Source of the DNA: Chitinimonas sp.
Lineage (GTDB): Bacteria; Pseudomonadota; Gammaproteobacteria; Burkholderiales; Chitinimonadaceae
Direction: 5' to 3'
DNA length: 55,045 bases
Assembly: GCF_041904975.1 (NCBI RefSeq)
Contig: NZ_JAYRLZ010000001.1
Location: 1-55,045, forward strand
Made by a program: the position numbers and the translations under genes. Below, one piece after another: positions 17,268-27,032 of this stretch (the first letter of the stretch is position 1; every line of letters begins with the position of its first letter). The notes below the pieces were generated by a model. That model was given only the letters and a program-made list of their open reading frames with translations, searched no databases and was not told the DNA's origin.

Positions 17268-20200
17268 ATGACTGAATCGACCAGGACTGCCAGAACCCCC
17301 GATAGCATGCGTGGTAGCCTCAAACCAATAGTTGCCGTCTTGATGGCGCTCGGAATGCAGTCGCTCGGCTTTGCGGCCGGCACTGCCGAGATCGTCTCAC
17401 TGATAGGACGAGGCGAAGCGCGACCCACGGCGCGTGATGACTGGAAGCCGGCGCGCGTGCATCAAACGCTTGAAGCAGGCTATTTCGTGCGTACCGGTGA
17501 TTTGTCGCAGATGGCGGTACTGCTGAGCGACCAGACCCAGCTGCGTCTCAACCAGAACAGCATCCTGCAGATCAAGGAGGTATCGGCCAAGGCGGAACCG
17601 ACCAAGCTGGAACTGGTTTTCGGGCGAGTGTGGACGCAAGCCAAGCGGCGCAGTCCTGGCGAATTCGCCGTGGCCTACAACGCGCCGGCGGTGACGGTGC
17701 AGACGCCGAATGCCATTGCGGCTATCCGTGGAACCGACTGGGAGCTCAATGTCGACAAGGAAGGTGCGTCGACCCTGACCGTGCTATCGGGTGAAGTGGA
17801 GCTCTCGAATGATCTTGGCAAGGTAACGGTTGGCAAGAACGAACAGGGGCGGGTAGAGAACGGCAAGGCGCCGAGCAAGACTTTGCTGACCAATGCGAGG
17901 GAGCGGGTGCAATGGGTAACAGCCTATCGCCCGCAGGGGCGGCGCTGGCTTGAAAGCGATGCGGTGTCGCTGCAGCCCGTCGCCGATATGGTGGATGCGC
18001 AACGCTACCCCGAGGCCCAGGCGGCGCTCGAACAGCGTAGCGATGCGGCGGCTTCGATCCTGCTCGCCGATCTGTATCTGTATCAGGGGCGGGTCGATGA
18101 TGCGATCAAGCGCCTGCAGCCGCTGGCGGGCCGGCCCAAGGCCGCGGCCCTGCTTGCCCGTGCCTATCTGATTGCAGACCGCGCCGCCGACGCTGGCAAG
18201 GTGCTGGAGCAGGCGCCGGCTGATGATGTGGAGGTGCAACTGGCCCGTGCCGAGGTGGCACGCTTTAACGGCGATGCCGTGCAGACCCGCGCTGCGCTGG
18301 ATGCCGCGCGCCAGCAAGACGGCAATAGCAGTGAAGCCTGGTTCGGTCTTGGGCGTTTTCATGCCGAGCGCGAGGCGGTCGCGCCGGGTCGTGCTGCCCT
18401 GGCGCAAGCCTTGCTGCTGAACCCGCAGGGACAAGGCTATCGCGGCGAATTGGGCACGCTGGCGACCTTTGCCAATGATTTTGCCGAGGCCGAGCGTGCC
18501 TTCAAAGAGGCGCTGGACGCGCAGCCGGACGATTATGTGGCTTGGACCGGCTTGGGGGTGTTGCAGCTCAAGCAAGGCAAGACCGAAGACGCATTGCAGT
18601 CCTTTTTGAAAGCGGGTGTGCTTGAGCCACGCTATGCGCGGGCCAGTCTGTATACCGGCGTTGCGTATTACCAGCTTGGCAAGACCTATCGTGCCGAAGA
18701 GTCGCTCAAGCATGCGATGGAGCAAGACCCGACCGATCCCTTGCCGCATATGATGATGTCGCTGATCGCGGTCGACCGGCTCGATTTCGGTGCGGCAACC
18801 CAGGCAGCGCGGCAGGCAGCGCGCTTGATGCCTTATCTGAAGTCGCTCAACCAGCTGCTCAACAATCAAAAGGGCAACGCCAATGTTGGCGCCGCGCTAG
18901 CCGGCTTCGGACTGGAAGAGTGGGCCGAGGCGATCGCCCATGAGGCATACAACCCTTACTGGGCAGGCAGCGCGCTGTTTCTAGCCGACCGCTATAGCGG
19001 CGAATTCAACAAAAATTCGGAATTGTTCAAGGGCTTCCTCACCGATCCGACCGTCTTTGGCGCCGGCAATCGCAACAACAGCCTGATTTCGACCCCAGGG
19101 CACAACCTGACCATCGGCTTGCGCACTACCACGCAGGAAGAGCATGAAACCGAGGCATCGGCGGTGCTCAATGGCTATAGCATTGCGCTCAAGCCGATCG
19201 CCTACTACCTCGGGCTGGATTACTCTGATCTGCGCCCGGGCTCTGCGGATCTGACCGCCCACACCAAGGTAGCCACGCTTGGCCTTGGTGCGCGGCCCAA
19301 TTACGAAACCGGTCTGTTCGGTTTTGCCAATAGCAGCAAGATCGATGCAACCCTGACCGATCTGCAGCTTGGATTCATCCGCAACCCGGCGTCCATCGAC
19401 AACCGCCGTGTCGATGGCGGGGTCAGCTACCGGTTTGCGCCGGACAGCCAGCTGTGGATCAAGGCGGGCCATGGCAGCGAGGATGTCGGTTTGCGCGGTG
19501 TGTACTATTCGCCCGATATCGCGGCCACCTATCTGCGCGAGGCGTTTGTCGAAGTCAATCCAACCGGCGTCATCAATCACTACGCCAGCCATGCGAGCCA
19601 GGACGATGTGCAGCTGCGCCAAGTCATCGACTTCGGCGCGCATCGTCTCAGTGTCGGATTCGAGCGCGGCAAACAGGATAAACGGCTGGATAGCGATGTG
19701 GCATTTGCGCCCATTCGCAATCGTCTGGTTCAGCAAACCCGGTACGAGTCAAAAGACGCCTATATCGGCGAACAGTACCGCAGCAATACCTGGTTGCTGC
19801 AGGCCGACCTCAATTTCAGCCGCTTTGAAAAGCGCGAGACGCTGGAGCGTTACCAGCAGTTCGGCAAGTTCCGGGAGCAGTTGATCGGGGTAACGCGCGA
19901 TGATCGCGACATCCACCGCTTCGACCCGCGGCTTGGTTTCGCTTTTACGCCACAGCCCGGCAATACGATTCGTTTTGCTTACCAGGCTTGGCGCAAACCG
20001 GCCTCGGTGGCCAGCCTCACTGCGGTGGACACCGCTGGCATCGCACTCGATGATCGTCTGACCAGCATAGGTGGCTCGCTCAAGCGCACCCGTCTGCAGT
20101 TTGAATGGCAGCCCGGTGGCCAGACCTTTGCCCAGTTCTATGCCGACCACCGCCAGGTGGACAACCCGAACAGCCCATCGGCTGACTCGGTGGCCGACCT

Positions 20201-20693
20201 GAATCTGCAAGACCTGCAAAGGCTGCGTAATCGCAATCGTCTGAGCCTCGATGCAGTCGATCTTCTCGAGGATGCGCCGGAATTCACCGCTGGCCGCGTC
20301 AATGGTGTGGGATTCGCGGTCAACCATATCGTGTCCGACCGGCTGACACTGGCCGCGCGTGCGCAGCACAACCAGTCACGCAATACCTCGGATAAATTCG
20401 CCGGAAAATTGCTGCCCTGGGTGCCGCGTAATCTCTTGATGCTGGAAGCCAGCTGGATACCGATGTCGCATTGGCAGCTCGGTGCGCAGGCTATCTACCG
20501 CAGCAGCCGCTTTACCGATGAAGAAAACAAGAGTGAGTTGTCGGGCGGCTGGGGCGCCGGCTTGCGTAGTTACTGGGAGAGCGAGGACAAGCGCTGGTCG
20601 GTGGAAGCCATTGCCGAGAATCTGTATGCCAAGAAAGATGCGGCCGCCGTCAAGAAAGCGCGGCTTGGTTTGCAGGCGCTCTATCGCTACTGA
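17268..20693 (+). CDS. Outer-membrane receptor-like protein: FecR domain, TPRs and C-terminal beta-barrel
   Basis: VRTG...LNQNS...VQTPNAIAAIRGT...VLSGEV FecR pattern; multiple TPR helices; amphipathic beta-strands ending LGLQALYRY (beta-signal). The start could be 17307. Confidence 0.82.
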   Translation: MTESTRTARTPDSMRGSLKPIVAVLMALGMQSLGFAAGTAEIVSLIGRGEARPTARDDWKPARVHQTLEAGYFVRTGDLSQMAVLLSDQTQLRLNQNSILQIKEVSAKAEPTKLELVFGRVWTQAKRRSPGEFAVAYNAPAVTVQTPNAIAAIRGTDWELNVDKEGASTLTVLSGEVELSNDLGKVTVGKNEQGRVENGKAPSKTLLTNARERVQWVTAYRPQGRRWLESDAVSLQPVADMVDAQRYPEAQAALEQRSDAAASILLADLYLYQGRVDDAIKRLQPLAGRPKAAALLARAYLIADRAADAGKVLEQAPADDVEVQLARAEVARFNGDAVQTRAALDAARQQDGNSSEAWFGLGRFHAEREAVAPGRAALAQALLLNPQGQGYRGELGTLATFANDFAEAERAFKEALDAQPDDYVAWTGLGVLQLKQGKTEDALQSFLKAGVLEPRYARASLYTGVAYYQLGKTYRAEESLKHAMEQDPTDPLPHMMMSLIAVDRLDFGAATQAARQAARLMPYLKSLNQLLNNQKGNANVGAALAGFGLEEWAEAIAHEAYNPYWAGSALFLADRYSGEFNKNSELFKGFLTDPTVFGAGNRNNSLISTPGHNLTIGLRTTTQEEHETEASAVLNGYSIALKPIAYYLGLDYSDLRPGSADLTAHTKVATLGLGARPNYETGLFGFANSSKIDATLTDLQLGFIRNPASIDNRRVDGGVSYRFAPDSQLWIKAGHGSEDVGLRGVYYSPDIAATYLREAFVEVNPTGVINHYASHASQDDVQLRQVIDFGAHRLSVGFERGKQDKRLDSDVAFAPIRNRLVQQTRYESKDAYIGEQYRSNTWLLQADLNFSRFEKRETLERYQQFGKFREQLIGVTRDDRDIHRFDPRLGFAFTPQPGNTIRFAYQAWRKPASVASLTAVDTAGIALDDRLTSIGGSLKRTRLQFEWQPGGQTFAQFYADHRQVDNPNSPSADSVADLNLQDLQRLRNRNRLSLDAVDLLEDAPEFTAGRVNGVGFAVNHIVSDRLTLAARAQHNQSRNTSDKFAGKLLPWVPRNLLMLEASWIPMSHWQLGAQAIYRSSRFTDEENKSELSGGWGAGLRSYWESEDKRWSVEAIAENLYAKKDAAAVKKARLGLQALYRY

Positions 20694-20696
20694 GTC

Positions 20697-22748
20697 GTGA
20701 TGCCCACGCTTTCCCGCATTCTCAATACGCCCTGGGTAGCCGCCATCATCAACCGGGCAGGGCGTTCCACCTTGCCCTGGCCCGGTTTGCTGGCCGCTCT
20801 GTTTACCCTGGCACTTAGCCTGAGCAGTGCCTGGTGGCTGGTAGAGCTCAAACTGTTCGACCGTATGCTGGTGGCCACGGCACCGAACAAGGTGGCCTTG
20901 CCGATCACCATTATCGGTATTGACGAGGCATCGTTCGCCAAACTCAAGCGACAATGGCCATGGCCGCGCGAGTGGCATGCGCAGCTGGTTAACAATCTGC
21001 ACGATGCCGGTGCTGCCATTGTCGCTTTCGACGTGGTGTTTTCCGAAGCGTCGCAGCCCGAGTCCGACGCGGCATTTGCCCAGGCAATTCGCGAGGCAGG
21101 CAATGTGGTACTGGCCGCCGACCGCGACTACCGCGAAACCGAGGGCGGTGGCGGTACCCGGCAATGGATGCGGGTCGATCCATGGGAAGGTTTCGTCCAG
21201 GCCGGGGCGAAGCCGGGATTCGCGTCGGTAGAGCTCGACCCCGATACCAGCATGCGTCAGGTACCGTTTTATGCCGATGCATTGTGGCGCTCCATCCTGA
21301 CGACATTCGACAAACGCAACCCCGGTATTGTCACCGATCTGACGGCCAGCCAGGGCATGTACATCCGCTATCAGGGCGGTCCGCACACCTTCAAATACAT
21401 TCCCTACTACCAGATGCTGGATCCGGATCGCTATCTGGGTAGCGAGTGGAAGTCTTTCCTGCACAACAATATTGTGCTGGTCGGACGCGACCTGAAGGCG
21501 ACCACCGAAGTGAACTCAGCCCAGTCCGACCTGTTCCAGACGCCGTTCTTCGGCATCAGCTCGCAGCAGTTGATGCCGGGCGTCGAGGTTCACGCCAATC
21601 TGATCGCCAATATGGTGGAAGGTAATGCGATCAGGAAGGCACCGCTATGGTGGCGGATGCTGATGTTCCTGCTCACCGCAGGCCTTGCCTTGATCAGCAT
21701 GCGGCACTGGCAGCCTCTGCGCAGCGGCCTGTATGGCCTCGGATTGCTGGGAGCATTGTTGGGACTGGCATTCTGGCTGATGTCGCATCGGCTGATCTGG
21801 CTGCCGGTCAGCGGTGCCATGTGCGCGGTGGTGCTGATCTATCTGGCGCAAGGCGGCGTTGCCTACCTGGTTGCCAGCCGGCAGCGCCGCGAGATCAAGC
21901 AGGCCTTTGCAAAATACTTGTCGCCCACGGTGGTGGATGAGGTCGTTGCCCATCCGGAGCGCCTGCGCCTCGGTGGCGAGCGGCGCGAGCTTACCTTGCT
22001 GTTTACTGATCTGGCCGGCTTTACCAGTATTTCTGAAGCCATGCAGGCAGAGCAGGTGGCGCAGATCCTTAATCGGCACCTGACCGAAATGACCGAGATC
22101 GTGCTGCGGCATAACGGTACCCTGGACAAATTCATCGGCGATGCCGTGATGGCATTCTGGGGGGCGCCGGTGCTCAGTCCCGATCAATCAGAGCAGGCAG
22201 TGCGCTCTGCCATCGAAATGCAGCAGAAAGTCGCTGCAATGCGCCTGGATCTGGAACAGACTGGTGGCCCCGCCCTGCATATGCGGGTGGGCATCCACCG
22301 TGGCGAGTGCATTGTCGGCAATATGGGCGGCGAGGACCATTTCGATTACACCGCCATTGGCGACGCGGTGAACCTGGCGTCGCGACTGGAAGGCGTCAAC
22401 AAGTTTTATGGCACCCAGATCCTGTGCAGCGAATCGGTGGCGCATGCGCTGGCTGGCAAGATCGCCTTGCGCCGGGTTGATGTCGTCAGGGTCAAGGGCA
22501 AGCAGGCTGGCGTGGCGATCTTCACCCCGTGTGATGATGCGGAATTGATGCGCCTCTCGGATATCGCCTTGCGCGCATTCGAGCATGGCCCGTCTCTTCA
22601 GCAAGAAGCCGAACAGGCCTGGCAGCTGGTGCTCGACCATGCGCCACAGGACGCCCTGGCGCAGCATTTCCTTGCTCGCCTTGCCCAGTATCGCGCCGAG
22701 GGCTGGCCCGAAGGCTGGGACGGGATCACCACGCTAGAAAGCAAGTAG
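20697..22748 (+). CDS. CHASE2-domain class III adenylate cyclase
   Basis: IGIDE..WPWPR..AFDVVF..MPGVEVHA CHASE2 motifs; 3 TM helices; FTDLAGFT, DKFIGDAVMAFW and YTAIGDAVNLASRLE catalytic motifs. Confidence 0.92.
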   Translation: MMPTLSRILNTPWVAAIINRAGRSTLPWPGLLAALFTLALSLSSAWWLVELKLFDRMLVATAPNKVALPITIIGIDEASFAKLKRQWPWPREWHAQLVNNLHDAGAAIVAFDVVFSEASQPESDAAFAQAIREAGNVVLAADRDYRETEGGGGTRQWMRVDPWEGFVQAGAKPGFASVELDPDTSMRQVPFYADALWRSILTTFDKRNPGIVTDLTASQGMYIRYQGGPHTFKYIPYYQMLDPDRYLGSEWKSFLHNNIVLVGRDLKATTEVNSAQSDLFQTPFFGISSQQLMPGVEVHANLIANMVEGNAIRKAPLWWRMLMFLLTAGLALISMRHWQPLRSGLYGLGLLGALLGLAFWLMSHRLIWLPVSGAMCAVVLIYLAQGGVAYLVASRQRREIKQAFAKYLSPTVVDEVVAHPERLRLGGERRELTLLFTDLAGFTSISEAMQAEQVAQILNRHLTEMTEIVLRHNGTLDKFIGDAVMAFWGAPVLSPDQSEQAVRSAIEMQQKVAAMRLDLEQTGGPALHMRVGIHRGECIVGNMGGEDHFDYTAIGDAVNLASRLEGVNKFYGTQILCSESVAHALAGKIALRRVDVVRVKGKQAGVAIFTPCDDAELMRLSDIALRAFEHGPSLQQEAEQAWQLVLDHAPQDALAQHFLARLAQYRAEGWPEGWDGITTLESK

Positions 22749-22881
22749 CTGCCTGTGCTGCGCCAATGGCGACGCTGGATGCTCCTGCGCGCCGTGATCG
22801 TTACGCTGCGCCGGAAGGCAGGCGGAAAGCCCGCTCCCGGTGCAGGGCCTGATCAGTTGCCAGCCGTCGCCGGCACAATGA

Positions 22882-23685
22882 TCACAAGCTGATCTTGAAG
22901 TTGCGGTTAAGCTGTACCGCTGATGTTCCACCAAACCAATGCTCGAATATCCGTGCCGCTTCGCCGGTTTTTTCTGCATCGGCCAAGGCATTATTGATGG
23001 CTTGCTGCAAAGCCTTTTGTCCCTTGCGGATGCCGGCGCCGTAAACATCGGAGGCGATAGGCACATCGGAAACTTCGAAGTCATTGCGCGCTGGCAGGCT
23101 CATCTTGGCCAGATTGCCGAGCATGGTGGCTTCCGGGCCGGAGGCGTATTCGCATTTGCCCTCCTTCAGCGCGGTGAATACCTCAGCGTAGTCTTCGAAC
23201 AGCTTGACCTGCACCGTGGTCGATACGTCTTGCAGATACTTGGCATTGGTGGTGCCCTTGGGCACGCAGACGGTGAGCTTGTCGAGCTGGGTCAGATCCT
23301 GGAAACGGCCTTTCTTGGCGACCATCTTTTGAGTGCCGACAAAATAGCCGACACTGAAATCCACTTCCTTTTCGCGCTCGCGGTTCTTGCCAAACGTGGC
23401 GAACAGCACATCCACCCGGCCTTCCTTCAGGGCGGCAATGCGATCGGCCGGGTCTACTGTCTTGAAGATGGGTTTGGCGCCAAGCTTGTTGGCAACATAC
23501 ATGGCAAATTCCACGTCGTAGCCGGAAACGCTGCCCTTGGCCTTGTCGAAATAGCCGAATGGCGGGGAGCTGTCGCGTACGCCAATCACGATTTCCTTTT
23601 TCTGATTAATCTTTTCTAGATCATCTGCCATCGCGTGCGTCGCGATGCTGCTGAACAGAGCAAGTGCAAGAACAGAGAGCTTCAT
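22882..23685 (-). CDS. Polar amino acid ABC transporter substrate-binding protein (family 3), orphan
   Basis: Signal peptide; IGVRDSSPPFGY, GYDVE, RIAALKEGRVD and REKEVDFS motifs. Confidence 0.88.
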   Translation of the reverse strand: MKLSVLALALFSSIATHAMADDLEKINQKKEIVIGVRDSSPPFGYFDKAKGSVSGYDVEFAMYVANKLGAKPIFKTVDPADRIAALKEGRVDVLFATFGKNREREKEVDFSVGYFVGTQKMVAKKGRFQDLTQLDKLTVCVPKGTTNAKYLQDVSTTVQVKLFEDYAEVFTALKEGKCEYASGPEATMLGNLAKMSLPARNDFEVSDVPIASDVYGAGIRKGQKALQQAINNALADAEKTGEAARIFEHWFGGTSAVQLNRNFKISL

Positions 23686-23977
23686 GGTTTTCCTTACTTG
23701 GGTGGAATGCGTTTTATTGGCTTGCTAGTAAGTGGCCAATGCTTGGTGTGCCTGGTATTGCGCATCGATGATTGCGGCGGGCAAGCTGTTCAGCAGGTTT
23801 GCTGTGCCTAAGCAATTCCCGGCTTTGCGTGCCCAGTCGCCGATATATTATGCCATTTGATTGAGAGGGGATTTGACCTAAATTAATGAAACGCTAATGG
23901 AGCCGCTGCTCGCTGCGGTTTCGTTTCCTGTGCGCTATCCGGGCCGTTGCCACCCGCCATCAATATGTGGAATGTTC

Positions 23978-25861
23978 ATGCAAGAAGCTTCCAGTGCCAC
24001 GCCTGACACCATCAATCGCCTGCTGCAAATCGGGAATGCCGGTGGCGCAATGCAGCATCTGCGCGAAGCACTAGCTGTGCAGCCCGATAGCGCCGACCTG
24101 CATCTGCAGGCCGGGCTTTGTGCGGTCAAGCTTGGCGATGATGGCGAGGCCGAAGCCTTGTGGCGGCGTGCCATGCTGCTGGACCCAAGCCTCGCCGAGG
24201 CGCAGTTCAATCTGGGCATACTGTTGGAGCGCGCCGGGCGGCTGGCCGAGGCCGAAGCGCTGTATCGGCAAGCGCTGGCATTGTCGCCGACCGCGCTCGA
24301 AGTGCGACTCAATCTTGCCAATCTCTTGATGGCCACCAACAAGCTCGGTGAAGCCGCCCAGCACTATCAGGCGACCATTGCCCTGCAGCCCGCCTATATC
24401 GACGCACACTACAACCTGGCATTGCTGCACTATGAAGCGCGGCAGTTTGCAGCGGCTGCAGACGGCTTCGCATCCGTGCTGGCGCTCGACCCGGATAATG
24501 CCGATGCCCATGCCTGGCTTGGCCTGCTGCACGCCGCCCGGCGCGATTGGGCGCTTGCGCAGCAACACTATGTGCAGGCGCTGCGTTTGCAGCCGGGCCA
24601 TGTCGACGCCTGGTGCAATCTTGGCCTGTTGCTGGGTGAATTGCGGCAATGGGATGAGGCTGAGCGCTGCCTGCGTCATGCCCTTAGCCTGAGTCCGCAG
24701 CGGCCCAAACTGCATGCCAATCTGGGCAGCCTGCTGCTCGATCGGGGCGAGATGGCGGAGGCGGAGCAGGCGATTGCCAGGGCGATCGAGCTGGCGCCTG
24801 AATCTGCTCAGGCCTGGTCGAATATGGGGGTGCTGCTCAGCAATACCGAGCGTGAGCTCGAAGCGGAAAGCTGCTTTCGTCATGCGATCAGCCTGAGCCC
24901 CGCCAGCGCCATGCCGCGCTTCAATCTGGCCCAGCTGCTGCTGATGCTGGGCCGCTATGAGGAAGGCTGGCAGCATTACGAAGCACGATTCGATCCGGAA
25001 CTCGAAAGCCAGGCGACCGAGATTCCGACTCTGCCGATGCCGCGCTGGCATGGCGAAGCCTTGCGAGGCAAGTCTCTACTGGTGTGGACCGAGCAGGGCT
25101 ATGGTGATGTGATCCAGTTTTGTCGCTATCTGGCCCGGTTGAAGGCGCAAGGTGCCCGGTATATCACCCTGGTGTGCCAGCCGGCGCTGTTGCCACTACT
25201 GCAGTCGCTGGACGGTGCCGATGCGGTACTGGCGCTCGATGACGACACGACCGAGGTCCCCGGGCACGATTACTGGACCTTTCTGCTCAGCCTGCCGCAT
25301 TGGCTGCGGAGTGCGCTTGATCGACTCCCGGCAGACATTCCTTATCTGCATTGCCCGGCCGAGGCGCAACAGCGTTGGGCCGGGGCGTTGCCGGCGCCGG
25401 GCTTGCGGGTCGGCCTGGTGTGGCGCGGCAACCCGCATCACCTCAATGATGCGGAGCGCTCCTTGCCTTCCTTGTCGGAGCTGGCGCCACTTTGGGATGT
25501 ACCGGGCCTGAGCTTTTTCAGCCTGCAAACCGGCGAGCAGGCCGATGTCGAATTGGCCGGCCAGCCCATGATCAAGCTCGGCCACCAGCTGCATGACTTT
25601 GCCGATACGGCAGCGGTGCTGGCGCAGCTGGATCTGTTGATCAGTGTTGATACCGCGGTAGCGCATCTTGCCGGCGCGATGGGGCGCCCGTGCTGGGTGC
25701 TGCTGCCCGCTTACAAGACTGATTGGCGCTGGCTGCGCCAGCGCGCCGACAGCCCCTGGTATCCGGGCATGCGCCTGTTCCGCCAGGTGCAGCGGCAAGA
25801 CTGGAGCACGCCGGTGCTGCAATTGCGCGATAGCCTGCTTGCCTGGGCAATGCGCGCCTGA
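23978..25861 (+). CDS. TPR-repeat protein with C-terminal GT-B (GT9-like) glycosyltransferase domain
   Basis: About 9 TPRs, then EQGYGDVIQF, RVGLVWRG, LDLLISVDTAVAHLAGAMG and DWRW...SPWYP. Confidence 0.85.
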   Translation: MQEASSATPDTINRLLQIGNAGGAMQHLREALAVQPDSADLHLQAGLCAVKLGDDGEAEALWRRAMLLDPSLAEAQFNLGILLERAGRLAEAEALYRQALALSPTALEVRLNLANLLMATNKLGEAAQHYQATIALQPAYIDAHYNLALLHYEARQFAAAADGFASVLALDPDNADAHAWLGLLHAARRDWALAQQHYVQALRLQPGHVDAWCNLGLLLGELRQWDEAERCLRHALSLSPQRPKLHANLGSLLLDRGEMAEAEQAIARAIELAPESAQAWSNMGVLLSNTERELEAESCFRHAISLSPASAMPRFNLAQLLLMLGRYEEGWQHYEARFDPELESQATEIPTLPMPRWHGEALRGKSLLVWTEQGYGDVIQFCRYLARLKAQGARYITLVCQPALLPLLQSLDGADAVLALDDDTTEVPGHDYWTFLLSLPHWLRSALDRLPADIPYLHCPAEAQQRWAGALPAPGLRVGLVWRGNPHHLNDAERSLPSLSELAPLWDVPGLSFFSLQTGEQADVELAGQPMIKLGHQLHDFADTAAVLAQLDLLISVDTAVAHLAGAMGRPCWVLLPAYKTDWRWLRQRADSPWYPGMRLFRQVQRQDWSTPVLQLRDSLLAWAMRA

Positions 25862-25901
25862 GTCGGCGCGCCATTTGCCCGGCTAGCTACCTGCTCGCCG
25901 T

Positions 25902-26729
25902 TTACTGCCGGGCGGTACGCAGATTGGCCGGTGCCGCCTGGGTGAAGCTGGTGCGAAACGGATTGATATCGAGGCCGCCGCGACGGGTATAGCGCGCATA
26001 GACCGACAAGGCTTCCGGCCTGCATTGGCGGCTGATATCCATAAAGATCCGCTCGACACATTGTTCATGGAATTCGTTATGGCCGCGAAACGAGACCAGA
26101 TATTGCAGCAGGCGATCGCGCGCAATCGGCTTGCCGCGATAACGGATCTGCACGCTGGCCCAGTCGGGCTGCCCGGTGACCAGGCAATTGGACTTGAGCA
26201 GATTGGAGCACAGCGTTTCTTCCACCTCAGGCTCATCCAGTGTGCTTAGCAAGTCGGCTTGCGGTTGGTAATGCTCGATATCGACATCGAGATTGTCGAT
26301 GCAGTAGCCGTCGAGTTCGGCAAATTGCTGCCGGGCAAAGCCGTCGGGCAGAACCAGGCGGACACTGACACTGGCGCCGGCCGCCGCGCTCAGATCCCTC
26401 GCCAGGGTAGTGCGCAAGGCCTCGGCATCGTCCAGGCGTGTCTGGTTGAAGCTGTTCAAATAGAGCTTGAAGCTTTTGCTTTCGATGATATTCGGCGAGT
26501 CGGCCGGGACACTGATACTGGCCAGGGCAATTTGTGGTTTACCCTTGGGGTTGAGCCAGGACAATTCATAGGCATTCCAGAAGTCGGCCCCGAAAAACGG
26601 CAGGGCAGCAGGCACGCCGATTTCTTCGCGCTTGCCTAGGCGTGCAATGGGAAACAAGAGCGAAGGGCAGTATTGCTCGATATAGGCGGTGGTTTTGCCC
26701 AGCGGCGAGAGTTCGGCTGAAGAGGTCAT
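25902..26729 (-). CDS. queF: NADPH-dependent 7-cyano-7-deazaguanine reductase (type II)
   Basis: [39 protein letters not shown] and [13 protein letters not shown]. Start reassigned to MTSSAEL. Confidence 0.95.
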   Translation of the reverse strand: MTSSAELSPLGKTTAYIEQYCPSLLFPIARLGKREEIGVPAALPFFGADFWNAYELSWLNPKGKPQIALASISVPADSPNIIESKSFKLYLNSFNQTRLDDAEALRTTLARDLSAAAGASVSVRLVLPDGFARQQFAELDGYCIDNLDVDIEHYQPQADLLSTLDEPEVEETLCSNLLKSNCLVTGQPDWASVQIRYRGKPIARDRLLQYLVSFRGHNEFHEQCVERIFMDISRQCRPEALSVYARYTRRGGLDINPFRTSFTQAAPANLRTARQ

Positions 26730-27032
26730 GCGGTGGGGTTCCGGTAAGCGTGGCGGCGAGTTTACCGTGTTGTGCACCTTGTTTGCTGCAGCAAGGCGGT
26801 GGTTTGCGTCGTGGCGAGCAGAATAGGCTGAACAGTGCATCTGGTCTGAATCAGTCCCTCGCTTGCCCGGATCGGGCCGGCTACTGAATTCGCGTACCGC
26901 TACAGTAAGCAAGCGGCACCAGACTGGTACTGTAAAGCGGCCGGTACAGTGCCAGATCGATACGCCATAGTGTGCCGTGTGCTGTAACGGCATTTGCGCG
27001 ATGATGCGCCCTGATCCCTGCGAGTCCCGAAT

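Noticed and set aside
22749-22881. CCGGAAGG/GGCGGAAAGCC stem-loop suggestive of SRP RNA or a riboswitch
   Set aside because: It lacks the SRP CAGG..CCGGAAGGAAGCAGC core and lies between convergent 3' ends, so it is most likely a terminator-like structure.
26730-27032. Possible preQ1 riboswitch upstream of queF, or a LexA box within the CTGGTACTGTA/TACAGTGCCAG hairpin
   Set aside because: No preQ1 consensus (stem plus A-rich tail) is visible, and the CTGT-ACAG spacing is 12 nt rather than 8.
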